Below are positions 40,857-51,892 of a stretch of DNA of 64,000 nt, one piece after another; position 1 is the first letter of the stretch, and every line of letters starts with the position of its first letter. Source of the DNA: Nitrospirota bacterium. GTDB taxonomy: Bacteria; Nitrospirota; Nitrospiria; 2-01-FULL-66-17. Position numbers and translations under genes: made by a program. The notes below the pieces were generated by a model that was not told where the DNA came from, made no database searches, and was given only the letters and a program-made list of their open reading frames with translations. The stretch spans positions 1-64,000 of the forward strand of contig JBMOMC010000001.1 in the NCBI GenBank assembly GCA_049325335.1. Reading direction: 5' to 3'.

Positions 40857-42386
40857 CTACGGTTTGGGGTCCGGGGGGTTGACGCCATCCAACAAGGCGC
40901 GTTGGATGTCGCTCTTGGTGATGTTCAGCGCTTCCAAAAAGCGCCCCATTCTATGGCTCTTGACCTCCCGGAGTTCCGCCATTTCGGTCGGGCTCTTCAC
41001 GATCGTCGGCGTGAGAAAGATCAGGAGATTCGTTTTCTCGGTCCGCTTGCTGCGAAACTTGAAGAGCCAGCCCAGGACCGGGATGTCCCCCAACAATGGG
41101 ATTTTGCGTTCGCCCGTAATTTCGTTGTCGCGAATCAGGCCGCCGATCACGGCGGTCTGTCCGTCGCCCACCAGCACCGACGTGGTGGCGGACCGCTTGT
41201 TGGTCACCACGCCCAACGCAACGGTTCCGGCGGTCTGGGACTCGCTGGACACGCTCGAAATTTCCTGAAACACGTCCAACTTCACCTGGTTGCTCTCAAG
41301 AATTTGGGGGGTCAGCCGCAGCGTGATCCCCACGTCGCGACGCTCGATGGTCGTGATGGTGTTCCCGCCGGAGGTTTGGCTCTGCCCGGTTGGAAACGGA
41401 CGATTCTCGCCCACCACGATCTCGGCTTTTTGGTTGTCGCTGGTCAGGATTTGCGGCGTGGACAGGATGTTGACGTCGTCTCGACTCTGGAGCGCGCGGA
41501 GGACCGCCCGAACGTTGAACGCGCTCACGTCGGTAAAGTCAATGTTGGGGATCTCCGCGAACGTGGGCGGCGCTTCGTTGAGCCCAGCCACGGCCGTCAG
41601 ATTTCGAGCCGGCGTTTGCGTGCCGAACAACGTGGTCACGTCGGCCCCGAGTTCCTTCAGCCGCGCGACCGAGACCTCCATGATGACCGCTTCCACGTAC
41701 ACCTGCCGCCGCGCGGTGTCCAACTTGCGCACGATGTCCTTGAGAATCCCCAAGTCGCGCCCGGTGCCGGTCACGATCAACGAGTTGGTGGGTTTATCGG
41801 CCAAGACTTGGATTGCGCCCTCAAAGTCTCCGGCCGACCGTAACCCGGGCCGGGCAGGACCGGCTTGCGCCGGACGCGCCACCACCACGTTGAGCACCTT
41901 GACCAGCTCTTCCGCGTTGGCATGGGCCAACGGATACACTTCCACCACCCGATCAGACGGCACTTCCGCCACGGGGAGAATCTGGGTCACCTCCCCGGAC
42001 GGCACCGCGGAAAATCCCTTGAGTTCGAGCACCGAGAGAAAGACGCGGTACGCGTCATCCACCGAGAGTTTGGACGGAGAAAAAATCGTGACCTTGCCTT
42101 TGACCTTCTCATCGATCACGAAATTCTTTTGGGTCAATTCCGAGAAAAACTTGACCAATACGGGAAGGTCCACGTCTTTAAAATCGAGCGAGATTTTGGA
42201 ACCCGGCGCGGCGGACTTGGCCTCCGGCGCGGCAACCGGGACGGGATCTTGCGCCGCGACCAGCGCGGGCGCCCACAACATCGCGGCGACCATGCCGCCC
42301 TGCGCAAGGCGCACGCCCAGCGTTCGGAAACGTGTTGACAGGAACCGATGAAGCGGGCGCGAGCCCCGTCGCGTCATGCCGCGCAA
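40857..42386 (-). CDS. gspD: type II secretion secretin D (short form)
   Basis: LDFKDVDL N0 domain, QVYVEAVIMEV, DVGITLRLTPQI, KIPLLGDIPVLGWLF. Confidence 0.92.
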   Translation of the reverse strand: MRGMTRRGSRPLHRFLSTRFRTLGVRLAQGGMVAAMLWAPALVAAQDPVPVAAPEAKSAAPGSKISLDFKDVDLPVLVKFFSELTQKNFVIDEKVKGKVTIFSPSKLSVDDAYRVFLSVLELKGFSAVPSGEVTQILPVAEVPSDRVVEVYPLAHANAEELVKVLNVVVARPAQAGPARPGLRSAGDFEGAIQVLADKPTNSLIVTGTGRDLGILKDIVRKLDTARRQVYVEAVIMEVSVARLKELGADVTTLFGTQTPARNLTAVAGLNEAPPTFAEIPNIDFTDVSAFNVRAVLRALQSRDDVNILSTPQILTSDNQKAEIVVGENRPFPTGQSQTSGGNTITTIERRDVGITLRLTPQILESNQVKLDVFQEISSVSSESQTAGTVALGVVTNKRSATTSVLVGDGQTAVIGGLIRDNEITGERKIPLLGDIPVLGWLFKFRSKRTEKTNLLIFLTPTIVKSPTEMAELREVKSHRMGRFLEALNITKSDIQRALLDGVNPPDPKP

Positions 42387-42434
42387 CAGACCGCCCGTTG
42401 GGACAACGCTCCGCGGGTACTCCGCGGCGACCGG

Positions 42435-43343
42435 TCAGCGAATTTCATAACTAAAACTCTCGCGTCGGTTATTGCGCACGAAATCCAGCGCGATGCGGGT
42501 CTCGTCCTTGAGTTGTTGAAACACCCGCATGAAATTCTCCGGATCTTTGATCTCCACCCCGTTGATCTGCTGCAACACGTCGCCGTTTTGCAGTCCGATC
42601 TTCGCGTACAAACTATCGGGCGCGATCGAGAAAATCTTGAATCCGTCGGGCTTGCCGTCCGAGAAATTGGGAATGACCCGGGCTTTGGTCAACAGTTGCG
42701 AAAGATTCCCCAATGCGGCGTTGACCTCTTGTTTATCCAGCACCCACTGATTCGGCTGCACCTGCCGAATGCCCGCGGTCGCGGACGCGGGATCGAACGT
42801 GGGACGAGACGGAGACGCGGCCCCCGGCCCCGGCGGCGCCACGTCTTGCGTGCCGTCGGTATAAATCGACAACGTCTGCTCCTGAGTCCCCAGCCGCAAC
42901 ACGGCCTGATTGCGCTCGATCTTCGCGAGGATGGCGCCGTCCCTGACCATGTCGCGCAGACGGTAGACCTGTTGTTCGCGCGTCACCTTATCCTCGAAGA
43001 TGGCGTACGATCCGGCCCCGTCTCCCATGCCCGTTCCCACCAAGGTCAGGGGGACATCCAAGGGCGTCACCACCACCGGCGTGGCGGTCTCGGGCTGCAG
43101 GATCGGTTGACCGCGCAGCGCCGGATGAAAGAGATCGCCTTCCAGAATACGTTGGTACGACGGGCGCGTGGGCGCGGACACGCCTCGGTTCCCGATTGCC
43201 TTGGGAAGGGCGGCTTCGGGACGGATCGAGGCTTCAAGCGTGCGTGCGATGCCGACATTCACCGCGTCGGCGATGCAGTAAGCCCCCAGGGTCAGGAACG
43301 CGAAGTGAACCCCTAAAAACAGCCGTGTATGCCACCATGCCAT
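42435..43343 (-). CDS. gspC: type II secretion protein C with PDZ domain
   Basis: TM, LTLVGT..YAIFED, GLQNGDVLQQING. Confidence 0.88.
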   Translation of the reverse strand: MAWWHTRLFLGVHFAFLTLGAYCIADAVNVGIARTLEASIRPEAALPKAIGNRGVSAPTRPSYQRILEGDLFHPALRGQPILQPETATPVVVTPLDVPLTLVGTGMGDGAGSYAIFEDKVTREQQVYRLRDMVRDGAILAKIERNQAVLRLGTQEQTLSIYTDGTQDVAPPGPGAASPSRPTFDPASATAGIRQVQPNQWVLDKQEVNAALGNLSQLLTKARVIPNFSDGKPDGFKIFSIAPDSLYAKIGLQNGDVLQQINGVEIKDPENFMRVFQQLKDETRIALDFVRNNRRESFSYEIR

Positions 43344-43433
43344 GTGCTGGAACGCCCCCTGGAAGGACCGCCCGGCGGCGCCGACTCATCCCGGAATCAA
43401 CGCCTCGCGTATTTCAGTCCGCTACGCTGCATA

Positions 43434-43463
43434 ATTATCAGAGAACATTGGCAAAGTTGTCAA
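43434..43463 (-). promoter_or_regulatory. putative sigma70 promoter of the gsp operon
   Basis: TTGACA-N18-GATAAT on the minus strand. Confidence 0.5.
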
Positions 43464-44152
43464 GAAAACGACCGGGAACGCGGTCGGTCGGACCGCGGCG
43501 TGCGCCGAATGAACAGCTTCACCACCACCAGGCCCGTGACAAAACCGCCGACATGGGCGAACCACGCGACCCCGCCTCCGGCTCGCCCAAGACTCATCGT
43601 CCCATTGAGAAACTGGAGCGCGATCCAGAACCCGAGCAGCCATGCCGCGGGAATGTACTCCATCCGCGAGAACACGCCCAACGGAATCCACGTGAGCACC
43701 CGGGCCCGCGGAAACAAGAGGAGATAGGCGCCCAACACCCCGGAGATAGCTCCGCTCGCCCCGATCATCGGCACCGTGGAGCCGGGCGCGGTCACGGCGT
43801 GGGCGTAGGCCGCCACCACGCCGCAGAGGACATAAAACACGACAAACCGGCCATGCCCCATCGCGTCTTCGATGTTGTTCCCGAAAATCCACAGATACAA
43901 CATGTTCCCGCCGATGTGCATCAGCCCGCCGTGAAGGAACATCGCGGTCAGGAGGGTCGCCGACGGCGGGATCGGGGAAAACGCGTCCCCGCCGAACATG
44001 GCCGCCGGCACGGCGCCGAACATGGCGACAAACCCTTCTCCCTGCGCTCCGAGCGACAGTTGATAGAGAAAGACCGCGACATTGACCGTGATCAGCGTCA
44101 CGGTCACGATCGGCGTAATGGTCGTGGGGTTTTCGTCGCGGATGGGGATCAT
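43460..44152 (-). CDS. rhomboid family intramembrane serine protease
   Basis: FLHGG..H..GNM, GASGAI, AHVGG. Confidence 0.92.
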   Translation of the reverse strand: MIPIRDENPTTITPIVTVTLITVNVAVFLYQLSLGAQGEGFVAMFGAVPAAMFGGDAFSPIPPSATLLTAMFLHGGLMHIGGNMLYLWIFGNNIEDAMGHGRFVVFYVLCGVVAAYAHAVTAPGSTVPMIGASGAISGVLGAYLLLFPRARVLTWIPLGVFSRMEYIPAAWLLGFWIALQFLNGTMSLGRAGGGVAWFAHVGGFVTGLVVVKLFIRRTPRSDRPRSRSFS

Positions 44153-44180
44153 CGGGAGGGTCCTGGAAAACCCCGTGGTG

Positions 44181-44263
44181 GTCCTTCGACGGGCTCAGGA
44201 CGAACGGAAGTGACATTGAAATAACGACGCTTAATCCGTTCGTGGTGGGCTCGTCGAACCACG
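44181..44263. repeat. REP-doublet (REPIN-like) inverted repeat
   Basis: TTCGACGGGCTCAGGACGAACGGA versus reverse complement TTCGACGAGCCCACCACGAACGGA (20/24), 26-nt AT-rich spacer. Confidence 0.7.
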
Positions 44264-44285
44264 CTCAAGATGTTTTCAGAGGAGG

Positions 44286-45872
44286 TTACGACCGACCAAA
44301 CTGAACCAGCGGCCGGCCAGTCATCTCCGCCGGCTGCGGGATCCCCATGAGCGCGAGCAGCGTGGGCGCCACGTCGGCGAAGATGCCGTGGGAAGCCACG
44401 GCCGGACGGTTCGCCGCGTCCAGCCGGAGGCGGCGGTCGATCAAAATACAGGGCACGGGATTGGTGGTGTGCGCGGTATGCGGTCCGCCCGCCTCATCGA
44501 ACATCTGTTCCAAATTCCCGTGATCCGCGGTCAGCACCACGGCACCCCCGCGCGCCAACACCGCGGTCACCACCCGTTCGAGGCAGCGGTCGATCACCTT
44601 GACCGCCTCGATCGCGGAGTCCAGTTTTCCGGTGTGGCCCACCATGTCGGGGTTGGCGTAGTTGATCAAAATAAAGTCATACGCGCCGGAGGCGACTTTG
44701 GCGACGACCGTGTCGGTCACCTCGGGCGCCGACATGGCGGGTTTCTCGTCGTAGGTAGCGACTTCGCGCGGCGACGGGATGAGCACCCGCTCTTCTCCCG
44801 GGTACACGGTTTCCACCCCGCCGTTGAAAAAATACGTCACGTGCGCGTATTTCTCGGTCTCCGCGATCCGCAATTGTTTCCGCCCCAACCCGCTCAACAC
44901 GTCGGCAAAAATGCGCGTAAGCGCCACCGGTTCGAACGCCGCGGGCACGGCCAATCGTTCGTCGTATCGGGTCATGGCGGCGAAACCGGCCCACCGAACG
45001 CGGCGCGCGCGCGCAAACCCGTCGAACGACTCCTGGGTCAGCGCCGCGGTCAACTGCCGCGCGCGATCCGCCCGGAAGTTAAAAAAGATCGCGCTGTCCC
45101 CGTCGCACATCAGCCCCACCGGACGCCCCTCTTCGCAGATGACGATCGGGGCGACGAACTCGTCCGTGACGCCTTGGCGATAACTCTGCTCCACCGCGCC
45201 CACCGCTTCCTTGGCCGTCACGCCGATGCCGGACACCATCGCGTCGTACGCCTTGCGCACGCGGTCCCATCGCTTGTCGCGGTCCATCGGGTAATACCTC
45301 CCGGACACCGTGGCCAGACGCCCCACGCCTTCCGCGGCCATGCGGGCTTCGAGCGCCCGGAGATATCCCAGCGCGCTCTGCGGCGGCGTGTCGCGTCCGT
45401 CCAAAAACGCATGCACCGCGACGCGCGACGCCCCCCGACGCTTGGCCATCGCCAGCACCGCGAACAGATGATCCATATGGCTGTGCACGCCGCCGTCGGA
45501 CAGTAACCCAAGCAGATGCAGGGTGGCGCCGGGAGTTCGCGCCGCGTCCACCGCACCGCACAACACCGGATTGTCCGCGAACGAGCCGTCGGTCACGCTG
45601 CGGTTGATGCGCGTGAAATCCTGGTACACCACGCGGCCGGCCCCTAAATTGAGGTGGCCGACCTCGGAGTTGCCCATCTGTTCGTCGGGCAGCCCCACCG
45701 ACTCCCCGGAGGAAGTGAGTTCGAGCGACGCGTAATCGCGCAAGAGTCCGTGGTAGAACGGCGCGCCCGCGAGCGCGATCGCGTTGCCTTCGCGTTCACG
45801 GCGAACGCCCCATCCGTCCAGAATAATGAGCATGACCGGACGCGGCGCGGGGTGACTCGCCTGGGTTACCAC
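44286..45872 (-). CDS. gpmI: 2,3-bisphosphoglycerate-independent phosphoglycerate mutase
   Basis: LIILDGWG, QMGNSEVGH, SDGGVHSH, AETEKYAHVTYFFNGG, NPDMVGHTG. Confidence 0.96.
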   Translation of the reverse strand: MVTQASHPAPRPVMLIILDGWGVRREREGNAIALAGAPFYHGLLRDYASLELTSSGESVGLPDEQMGNSEVGHLNLGAGRVVYQDFTRINRSVTDGSFADNPVLCGAVDAARTPGATLHLLGLLSDGGVHSHMDHLFAVLAMAKRRGASRVAVHAFLDGRDTPPQSALGYLRALEARMAAEGVGRLATVSGRYYPMDRDKRWDRVRKAYDAMVSGIGVTAKEAVGAVEQSYRQGVTDEFVAPIVICEEGRPVGLMCDGDSAIFFNFRADRARQLTAALTQESFDGFARARRVRWAGFAAMTRYDERLAVPAAFEPVALTRIFADVLSGLGRKQLRIAETEKYAHVTYFFNGGVETVYPGEERVLIPSPREVATYDEKPAMSAPEVTDTVVAKVASGAYDFILINYANPDMVGHTGKLDSAIEAVKVIDRCLERVVTAVLARGGAVVLTADHGNLEQMFDEAGGPHTAHTTNPVPCILIDRRLRLDAANRPAVASHGIFADVAPTLLALMGIPQPAEMTGRPLVQFGRS

Positions 45873-47206
45873 GAGACGCGGACGACCTCCCCCTCCGGCT
45901 TTCGTTTGATCACGATCGGCAACGCGGACATGGTATTCCAGGCCTTGCAGCGCGCGCACCGACCCAAGTACTTCGTGCTGTGGTAATCGCACACGGGGCA
46001 GTAGTACGACACGATCACCCGTTTTTTCAGGCCCAACGCCCGCTTGAACTCCTCGATCGCGGCGGCGTCGTGGCCCTGACGTTGCGCCAGGTTTCCAAGG
46101 AGCCGGTGCAGATCCGGAAAGTGCTCGTCGCTCGCGTCGATGCCCGCCAATACATCCTGCGCCTCGTCGAGCATTTCGAGACGGTAATAGACTTTGCCGA
46201 GGTAGAACCGAAGGGCGTGGTTGTCGGGGTCCTTGCGGACCGCGTCGTGGTAACACCGAAGAATTTGTTCGGGTTCGCCCATATCGATGTACAGATCCTC
46301 TAGCCGGTGCAAGAGAATGATGTCCGGCACCGCGGCGTAGGCCTTTTCGTACAAGGCCACCGCGTCGCGGGGACGGCCCTCCTGCACGATCAACTCGCCC
46401 CACCCCACGTACGCGGGCACGAAGCGTTGGTCAAGTTTGACGGCGCCCCGAAACGCCCGCCGCGCACGATCGCGATCTCCCTTGGCCGTCCACATCCGTC
46501 CGAGTTCGTACTTGATCCCGCACAAGATGCGTTTCGCGTCGGCCGCCTCGGCGGGTGCCTTGGCCGCGCCCACGATCCGTTCTTGCAGGCCGTGCGCGTC
46601 TTCCCACCGCTCCAGTTTCATATACAGGTCGCGCAGCCGCGCCGTCACCGCCGGATTCCCCTCATCGTCCTTGAGCGCCTCGCGGTAGAGCGCGATCGCG
46701 TCGTCGGAACGGTTCGCGGTTTCCAACGTTTCGCCCAACGTCATCACGACTTCGAAATTCTGTTCGTCTCCCGCGCGGGCACGACGAAGGAACCGGATCG
46801 CGTCGTCAAGACTCCCGGTCCGATTTTTGATGGTCCCCAGTTGCACCAACGCCGGCACGTGATGGGGATTAATGTCCAGCACCCGACCAAGGTGCGATAC
46901 CGCTTCCTTAGTGCGCCCGGAGAACCACGCGTGGTGCGCGGCCGTCAAGTGCTCCTGCACCTTGCCCGCCACCTGGCGCTGGCGGCCCACCCGCCAGTTG
47001 GTCCACCAGCGCCTCACTTCGCGCATCCCGAGCGTGGACAACACCAGCGCCCCGCCGAATGCGATCGCACCCAACACGAGCACGGATAGGGCGACCTCGG
47101 TTGAACGGGCCTCCGAAATCCGAAAACTCACTGGCGTGGGATTCAAGTGGGTCAGATACGCCAGAACCCCGAGCAACACCATGACGATCGTGACGAAAAA
47201 ACGCAT
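45866..47206 (-). CDS. lapB: LapB/YciM-like TPR protein with LapA-like N-terminus and C-terminal rubredoxin motif
   Basis: Two N-terminal TMs, TPR repeats, CPVC...CARCKAWNT. Confidence 0.75.
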   Translation of the reverse strand: MRFFVTIVMVLLGVLAYLTHLNPTPVSFRISEARSTEVALSVLVLGAIAFGGALVLSTLGMREVRRWWTNWRVGRQRQVAGKVQEHLTAAHHAWFSGRTKEAVSHLGRVLDINPHHVPALVQLGTIKNRTGSLDDAIRFLRRARAGDEQNFEVVMTLGETLETANRSDDAIALYREALKDDEGNPAVTARLRDLYMKLERWEDAHGLQERIVGAAKAPAEAADAKRILCGIKYELGRMWTAKGDRDRARRAFRGAVKLDQRFVPAYVGWGELIVQEGRPRDAVALYEKAYAAVPDIILLHRLEDLYIDMGEPEQILRCYHDAVRKDPDNHALRFYLGKVYYRLEMLDEAQDVLAGIDASDEHFPDLHRLLGNLAQRQGHDAAAIEEFKRALGLKKRVIVSYYCPVCDYHSTKYLGRCARCKAWNTMSALPIVIKRKPEGEVVRVSW

Positions 47207-47212
47207 GCAGGG

Positions 47213-47656
47213 TTACCCCGGCTCAGAGGGAGTGATGAGACGTTGGCGGTCGCGGGATGACGGCGAGCGGGCCGAACGGGAATCCGGACGCGATACCGGC
47301 AAGTCGATCAACGGCGCGTCGGCCCACAGCCGCTCGATCCGATAGAACTCTCGCGCCTCCCGATGAAACACGTGGACCACGAGGCCCCCATAATCCAAGA
47401 GCACCCACCGGCCGTGCTCCAGTCCTTCGCTGCGCAGTAGTCGCGCGCCTTCGGTGTCGAGCGCCTCGTCCACGGCCTCGGCGATCGCCTTGACCTGCCG
47501 AACGGAATCGCCCGACGCGATCACCAAATAACTGGTCACCGTGGTCAACGCCGCCACGTCAAGCACCATCACGTCGTCCGCAAGTTTGTCGCGGGCGACC
47601 ACGCCGGCGAGGATCGCGATGGTTTTATCCGTCAGAGTCGTGCGGGCTCCCAGCAA
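47213..47656 (-). CDS. rsfS: ribosome silencing factor (start approximate)
   Basis: DKLADD..VLDV, SVRQVKAIA, WVLLDYG.LVVHVF, REFYRIERLW. Confidence 0.93.
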   Translation of the reverse strand: MLGARTTLTDKTIAILAGVVARDKLADDVMVLDVAALTTVTSYLVIASGDSVRQVKAIAEAVDEALDTEGARLLRSEGLEHGRWVLLDYGGLVVHVFHREAREFYRIERLWADAPLIDLPVSRPDSRSARSPSSRDRQRLITPSEPG

Positions 47657-48359
47657 CGCGATTGGAGAGTTCGTTCGTTTCGCGAACTCCGTACAGCCTA
47701 TTTTGGAGTATATAAGACTGTACCGGAGCGGGCAAGACTTTTTTCACGGACCGCCCGGCCGCGAGGTCGCGACGGATCTGGGTGGACGACGCGTCGCACG
47801 GGATGGGCCGAATCAGGCACACCGGAGCGTGCGGCGACAGATCCAAGACCGCCTCGCCGGCCTGGGCATCCAATCGTTCCAATGCCTCGCGCGGGGTCTC
47901 GGCCATCCACGGCAGACCGACTAAGCCCGCGAACGGCGTCCCTTGTCGTCCGATCACGAGCAACCGGCAGGCCGCCACCAACCGGTGCGGATCGCGCCAA
48001 GCGGATAACGTCCGAAACATCTCGATCCCCAGCAGGAACGAGAGATCCGCGTCCGGGTAGCGGCGGCGAAAAACCTCCATGGTGTCGGCCGAATACGACG
48101 GTCCTTCGCGGGTCAGTTCGAGGTCATCAACTCCAAACCTCGGCCAACCGGCCACCGCCAGCTTGACCATCTCGAATCGGTGAGCGGCCGGCGCCAGGTC
48201 CCCGGCTTTATGCGGCGGGATCGCGGCGGGCACGAAGATGACGCGGTCCAATCCCGCCAGCTCGCGCACGCGAGCCGCGATCCGTAGGTGGCACACATGG
48301 ATGGGGTTGAAGGTGCCCCCGAATACCCCGATTCTCGGTGGGGCACGACGCGTCGACAC
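47625..48359 (-). CDS. nadD: nicotinate-nucleotide adenylyltransferase
   Basis: GGTFNPIHVCH, PPHK, SYSADT, SSTQIR. Confidence 0.92.
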   Translation of the reverse strand: MSTRRAPPRIGVFGGTFNPIHVCHLRIAARVRELAGLDRVIFVPAAIPPHKAGDLAPAAHRFEMVKLAVAGWPRFGVDDLELTREGPSYSADTMEVFRRRYPDADLSFLLGIEMFRTLSAWRDPHRLVAACRLLVIGRQGTPFAGLVGLPWMAETPREALERLDAQAGEAVLDLSPHAPVCLIRPIPCDASSTQIRRDLAAGRSVKKVLPAPVQSYILQNRLYGVRETNELSNRVAGSPHDSDG

Positions 48360-48361
48360 GC

Positions 48362-49621
48362 TTAGGTTCTGATCTGGCCGGAACCGAACACGACGAACTT
48401 CGCGCAGGTGAGTTCTTCCAGCCCCATCGCGCCCCGCGCGTGCAGGCGCGACGTCGAGATGCCGATTTCCGCGCCGAGCCCGAACTGGTACCCGTCGTGT
48501 AACCGCGTAGAGGCGTTGATCAACACCGCCGCGGCGTCCACTTCGCGCAGGAACCGCTGGGCGCGGCTATAGTCGGCGGTCAAGATCGCCTCGGTGTGTT
48601 GAGACCCGTAGCGCGCGATGTGAGCCATGGCGTCGTCCATCCCGTCGACGACTTTGACCGCCAAGATCAGATCCAAATACTCCGCGGACCAATCCTCCTC
48701 CGTGGCCGCGACCGCACCCGGCGACGCGGCGAGAGTCCGGGGGCACCCGCGGACCTCCACGCCCGCGCGGCGCAACCGCTCGACGAACGCGGGCAGCCAC
48801 GATCCCGCATGGGCGTGGTGGACCAACAGCGTTTCCAGCGCGTTGCAGGTCCCGGGACGTTGCGCCTTGGCGTTCAGGCACACGGCCTCGGCCATGGCGA
48901 GGTCCACGGGCGCGTCCACGTAGATATGGCACACACCCTTGTCGTGTTTGATCACCGGCACCGTGGCTTGGCCGGCCACGGCTCGGATCAACCCCTCGCC
49001 GCCGCGCGGAATGATTAGGTCAACGTATTGATCGAGTGTGGCCATGACGCGCACGCCCTCGCGCTCGGTCCGCTCGATCAGCGACACCGCGCCGTCGGGC
49101 ACGCCCGCTTTCGCGGCCGCGTCGGTCAACAATCGCGCGATCGTCCGGTTGGACTGAAGTGACTCGGAGCCCCCCCGCAACAACACGGCGTTGCCGGACT
49201 TCAGGCACAACGCCGCGGAATCCGCGGTCACATTGGGACGGGATTCGTAGATGATCCCGATCACACCCAGCGGCACGCGCATCCGCCCCACCTGCATCCC
49301 GTTGGGCCGCACCACCAGGGACGAAATCGCGCCGACCGGATCAGGCAGGTCCGCCACCTCGCGCACGCCCCGGGCCATGTCGTCGATGCGTTGCGGAGTG
49401 AGGCTCAGACGGTCCACGAAGGCCTGGGGACGACCCTCGCCGCGCGCGGTCTCCACGTCGCGGCCGTTGGCGTCCAGGATCTCCGCGCGGTGGGCAACGA
49501 GGGCGTCGGCCATGCCGCGCAGCGCGCGATTCTTCACGTCGCTGGAGAGCACCACGAGCGCGGCGGCCGCGCGTTTAGCCGCCCGAGCCTTCTCCGTGAT
49601 ATGCGCGACCAACTCGTCCAT
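48362..49621 (-). CDS. proA: glutamate-5-semialdehyde dehydrogenase
   Basis: PLGVIGIIYESRPNV, CNALETLLV, GAEIGIST. Confidence 0.96.
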   Translation of the reverse strand: MDELVAHITEKARAAKRAAAALVVLSSDVKNRALRGMADALVAHRAEILDANGRDVETARGEGRPQAFVDRLSLTPQRIDDMARGVREVADLPDPVGAISSLVVRPNGMQVGRMRVPLGVIGIIYESRPNVTADSAALCLKSGNAVLLRGGSESLQSNRTIARLLTDAAAKAGVPDGAVSLIERTEREGVRVMATLDQYVDLIIPRGGEGLIRAVAGQATVPVIKHDKGVCHIYVDAPVDLAMAEAVCLNAKAQRPGTCNALETLLVHHAHAGSWLPAFVERLRRAGVEVRGCPRTLAASPGAVAATEEDWSAEYLDLILAVKVVDGMDDAMAHIARYGSQHTEAILTADYSRAQRFLREVDAAAVLINASTRLHDGYQFGLGAEIGISTSRLHARGAMGLEELTCAKFVVFGSGQIRT

Positions 49622-49622
49622 C

Positions 49623-50777
49623 TCAATCCTCGCGGGAATCATCCAGGACCACGAGATTGTCGCAATGGATGACCTCGTCATAATATTTGTATCCCAATCG
49701 TTTTGCAATCTCGGACGTTTTGAGGCCGCAAATCTTCGCCACGTCCGAGGACGAGTAGTTGACCAGCCCACGCGCCACCACTCGGCCGGCGGAATCCAGA
49801 CACGCCACCGCGTCGCCCGCGGCGAATTCCCCCGACACCTTGGTCACGCCGGAGGGCAACAGGCTTTTCCCGGAATCCACCACCGCCCGCACCGCGCCCG
49901 CGTCCAGCCACACCTGGCCGGAGACCCGCACCGCATGCGCGATCCAGCGTTGCCGGCTATTTAAGCCCCGGGCGCGCGGGAAAAACATCGTGCCCACCGG
50001 TTCGCCCCGCAGCGCACGGTTTAACTCCCCGGTGCGATGACCGCTGACGATGATGGTTGCGGCTCCGCACGCGGCCGCGCGTTTGGCCGCCGCGAGTTTG
50101 GTCACCATCCCCCCGGTCCCCTCGCTGCGGCTCGACCCGCCCGCAGCGCGCTCCACCTCGGGCGTCACCCGCTCCACGTTGACCAACCGCGCGGCCGCGG
50201 GATCGCGGTGCGGATCCCCGGTGTACAAGCCGTCCACATCGGACAGGATGACCAAGAGATGCGCGTCGATCAACCCGACCACCAAGCTCGCCAACGCATC
50301 GTTGTCCCCGAACTTAATTTCATCCACCGAGACCGTGTCGTTTTCGTTGATGATCGGGACCACGCCGAGGCCCAACAACGTCAGCATGGTATGGCGCGCG
50401 TTGAGAAATCGCGTGCGCCGCGAGAGGTCATCGCCGGTCAACAGAACCTGCGCCACGTGCCGTTTGTGGCGCGCGAAGGCCCGTTCATACGCCCACATCA
50501 AGCGGCTCTGTCCGACCGCGGCCGCGGCCTGTTTGAGCGGCAAACTCTTGGGACGTTCGGTCAGTCCCAGCGGCGCCAGGCCGGAGGCGATCGCGCCGGA
50601 CGACACCATCGCCAGTTGGTAGCCGTCGGCCGCGAGCGCGGCGCATTCGCGCGCGAGCGCGCCGATCCGTCGGACGTTGATCCCGCGCGCGTGCGACGCC
50701 AGGACGCTGCTGCCGACCTTGATCACCACGCGCCGAGCGCGGCTCAACACGGACTGTCTTTGGAATGGACCCGTCAC
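49623..50777 (-). CDS. proB: glutamate 5-kinase
   Basis: [29 protein letters not shown] domain. Confidence 0.96.
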   Translation of the reverse strand: MTGPFQRQSVLSRARRVVIKVGSSVLASHARGINVRRIGALARECAALAADGYQLAMVSSGAIASGLAPLGLTERPKSLPLKQAAAAVGQSRLMWAYERAFARHKRHVAQVLLTGDDLSRRTRFLNARHTMLTLLGLGVVPIINENDTVSVDEIKFGDNDALASLVVGLIDAHLLVILSDVDGLYTGDPHRDPAAARLVNVERVTPEVERAAGGSSRSEGTGGMVTKLAAAKRAAACGAATIIVSGHRTGELNRALRGEPVGTMFFPRARGLNSRQRWIAHAVRVSGQVWLDAGAVRAVVDSGKSLLPSGVTKVSGEFAAGDAVACLDSAGRVVARGLVNYSSSDVAKICGLKTSEIAKRLGYKYYDEVIHCDNLVVLDDSRED

Positions 50778-51826
50778 CGCGTGTCCGAAGATATGGCCGC
50801 GTCGGGCGCGTTCACCGCCGATGCCGACTGTTCCGCGCGGGACACACGGGAGCCCACCGCCCGCAACAACGCGTCGATCCCTTGCCCCGTGGCAGCGGAG
50901 ACTTCAAAATACGGCCAACCGCGCCTGCCGCAGTACTCGCGCAGGACATCCACCGCGCCGCTGCCGGCCGCGTCCAGTTTGGTCGCCACCACCACGAACG
51001 GTTTGGCCGCGAGTTCAGGGCTGGTCAGCGCCAACTCTCGCCGCACGGACTCCATGTCCTCGACCGGCCGTCCGCCCGCCGCATCCGACACGTCCACCAG
51101 ATGCAACAAAAAAGCCGTGCGCTCGACGTGACGGAGAAATTGAATGCCCAACCCCTTGCCTTCGTGCGCGCCTTCGATCAGCCCCGGAATATCCGCCGCG
51201 ACAAAACTCCGGCCTTCGGCCCACGTGACCACCCCGAGCGCGGGTTCCAACGTCGTGAACGGGTACGCCGCGATCTTGGGCCGCGCGGCCGAGATCGTGG
51301 ACAACAAGGTGGATTTGCCCGCGTTCGGCAACCCCACCAAACCGACGTCCGCGAGCAATTTCAACTCCAGCGTCAGGCTGCGCTCCTCGCCCGCCCCGCC
51401 GGGCTCGGCAAACGTGGGGGCCTGACGCGTGGGCGTGGCGAAGTGCTGGTTGCCGCGTCCGCCGCGTCCGCCACGGGCGACCACGAGTTCCTGATCGGCC
51501 GCGATCAAATCAGCCAACACCTCGCCCTGGGACGCGTCGCGCACGATCGTGCCGACCGGCACGCGGATGATCAGATCTTCGCCGCGTTTTCCGCTCTGGT
51601 CCTTCCCGCGGCCGTGTTCTCCTCGTTGCGCCGCGTACAGCCTGCGATAGCGAAGATCTAATAAGGTATGAAGTTGGGGGTCGGCCCGGAGAATGACGCT
51701 GCCGCCGTGGCCGCCGTCGCCGCCGTTGGGGCCGCCGCGGGGGACAAAGGCTTCGCGACGGAAGCTGACGCATCCGTTTCCGCCGTCACCGGCCTTGACG
51801 TGAATGGAGAGATAGTCGACGAACAT
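50774..51826 (-). CDS. obgE: GTPase ObgE
   Basis: Gly-rich Obg domain, [22 protein letters not shown]. Confidence 0.97.
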   Translation of the reverse strand: MFVDYLSIHVKAGDGGNGCVSFRREAFVPRGGPNGGDGGHGGSVILRADPQLHTLLDLRYRRLYAAQRGEHGRGKDQSGKRGEDLIIRVPVGTIVRDASQGEVLADLIAADQELVVARGGRGGRGNQHFATPTRQAPTFAEPGGAGEERSLTLELKLLADVGLVGLPNAGKSTLLSTISAARPKIAAYPFTTLEPALGVVTWAEGRSFVAADIPGLIEGAHEGKGLGIQFLRHVERTAFLLHLVDVSDAAGGRPVEDMESVRRELALTSPELAAKPFVVVATKLDAAGSGAVDVLREYCGRRGWPYFEVSAATGQGIDALLRAVGSRVSRAEQSASAVNAPDAAISSDTR

Positions 51827-51892
51827 ACCAGGCAGAGGCGCGAATCGCCGACCAATTTCGACGGGGCGCGCCGGCCCCGTGTAGCCAAGGGG

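Noticed and set aside
51861..51880. Hairpin ACGGGG...CCCCGT after rpmA as a terminator
   Set aside because: No U-tract follows on the minus strand
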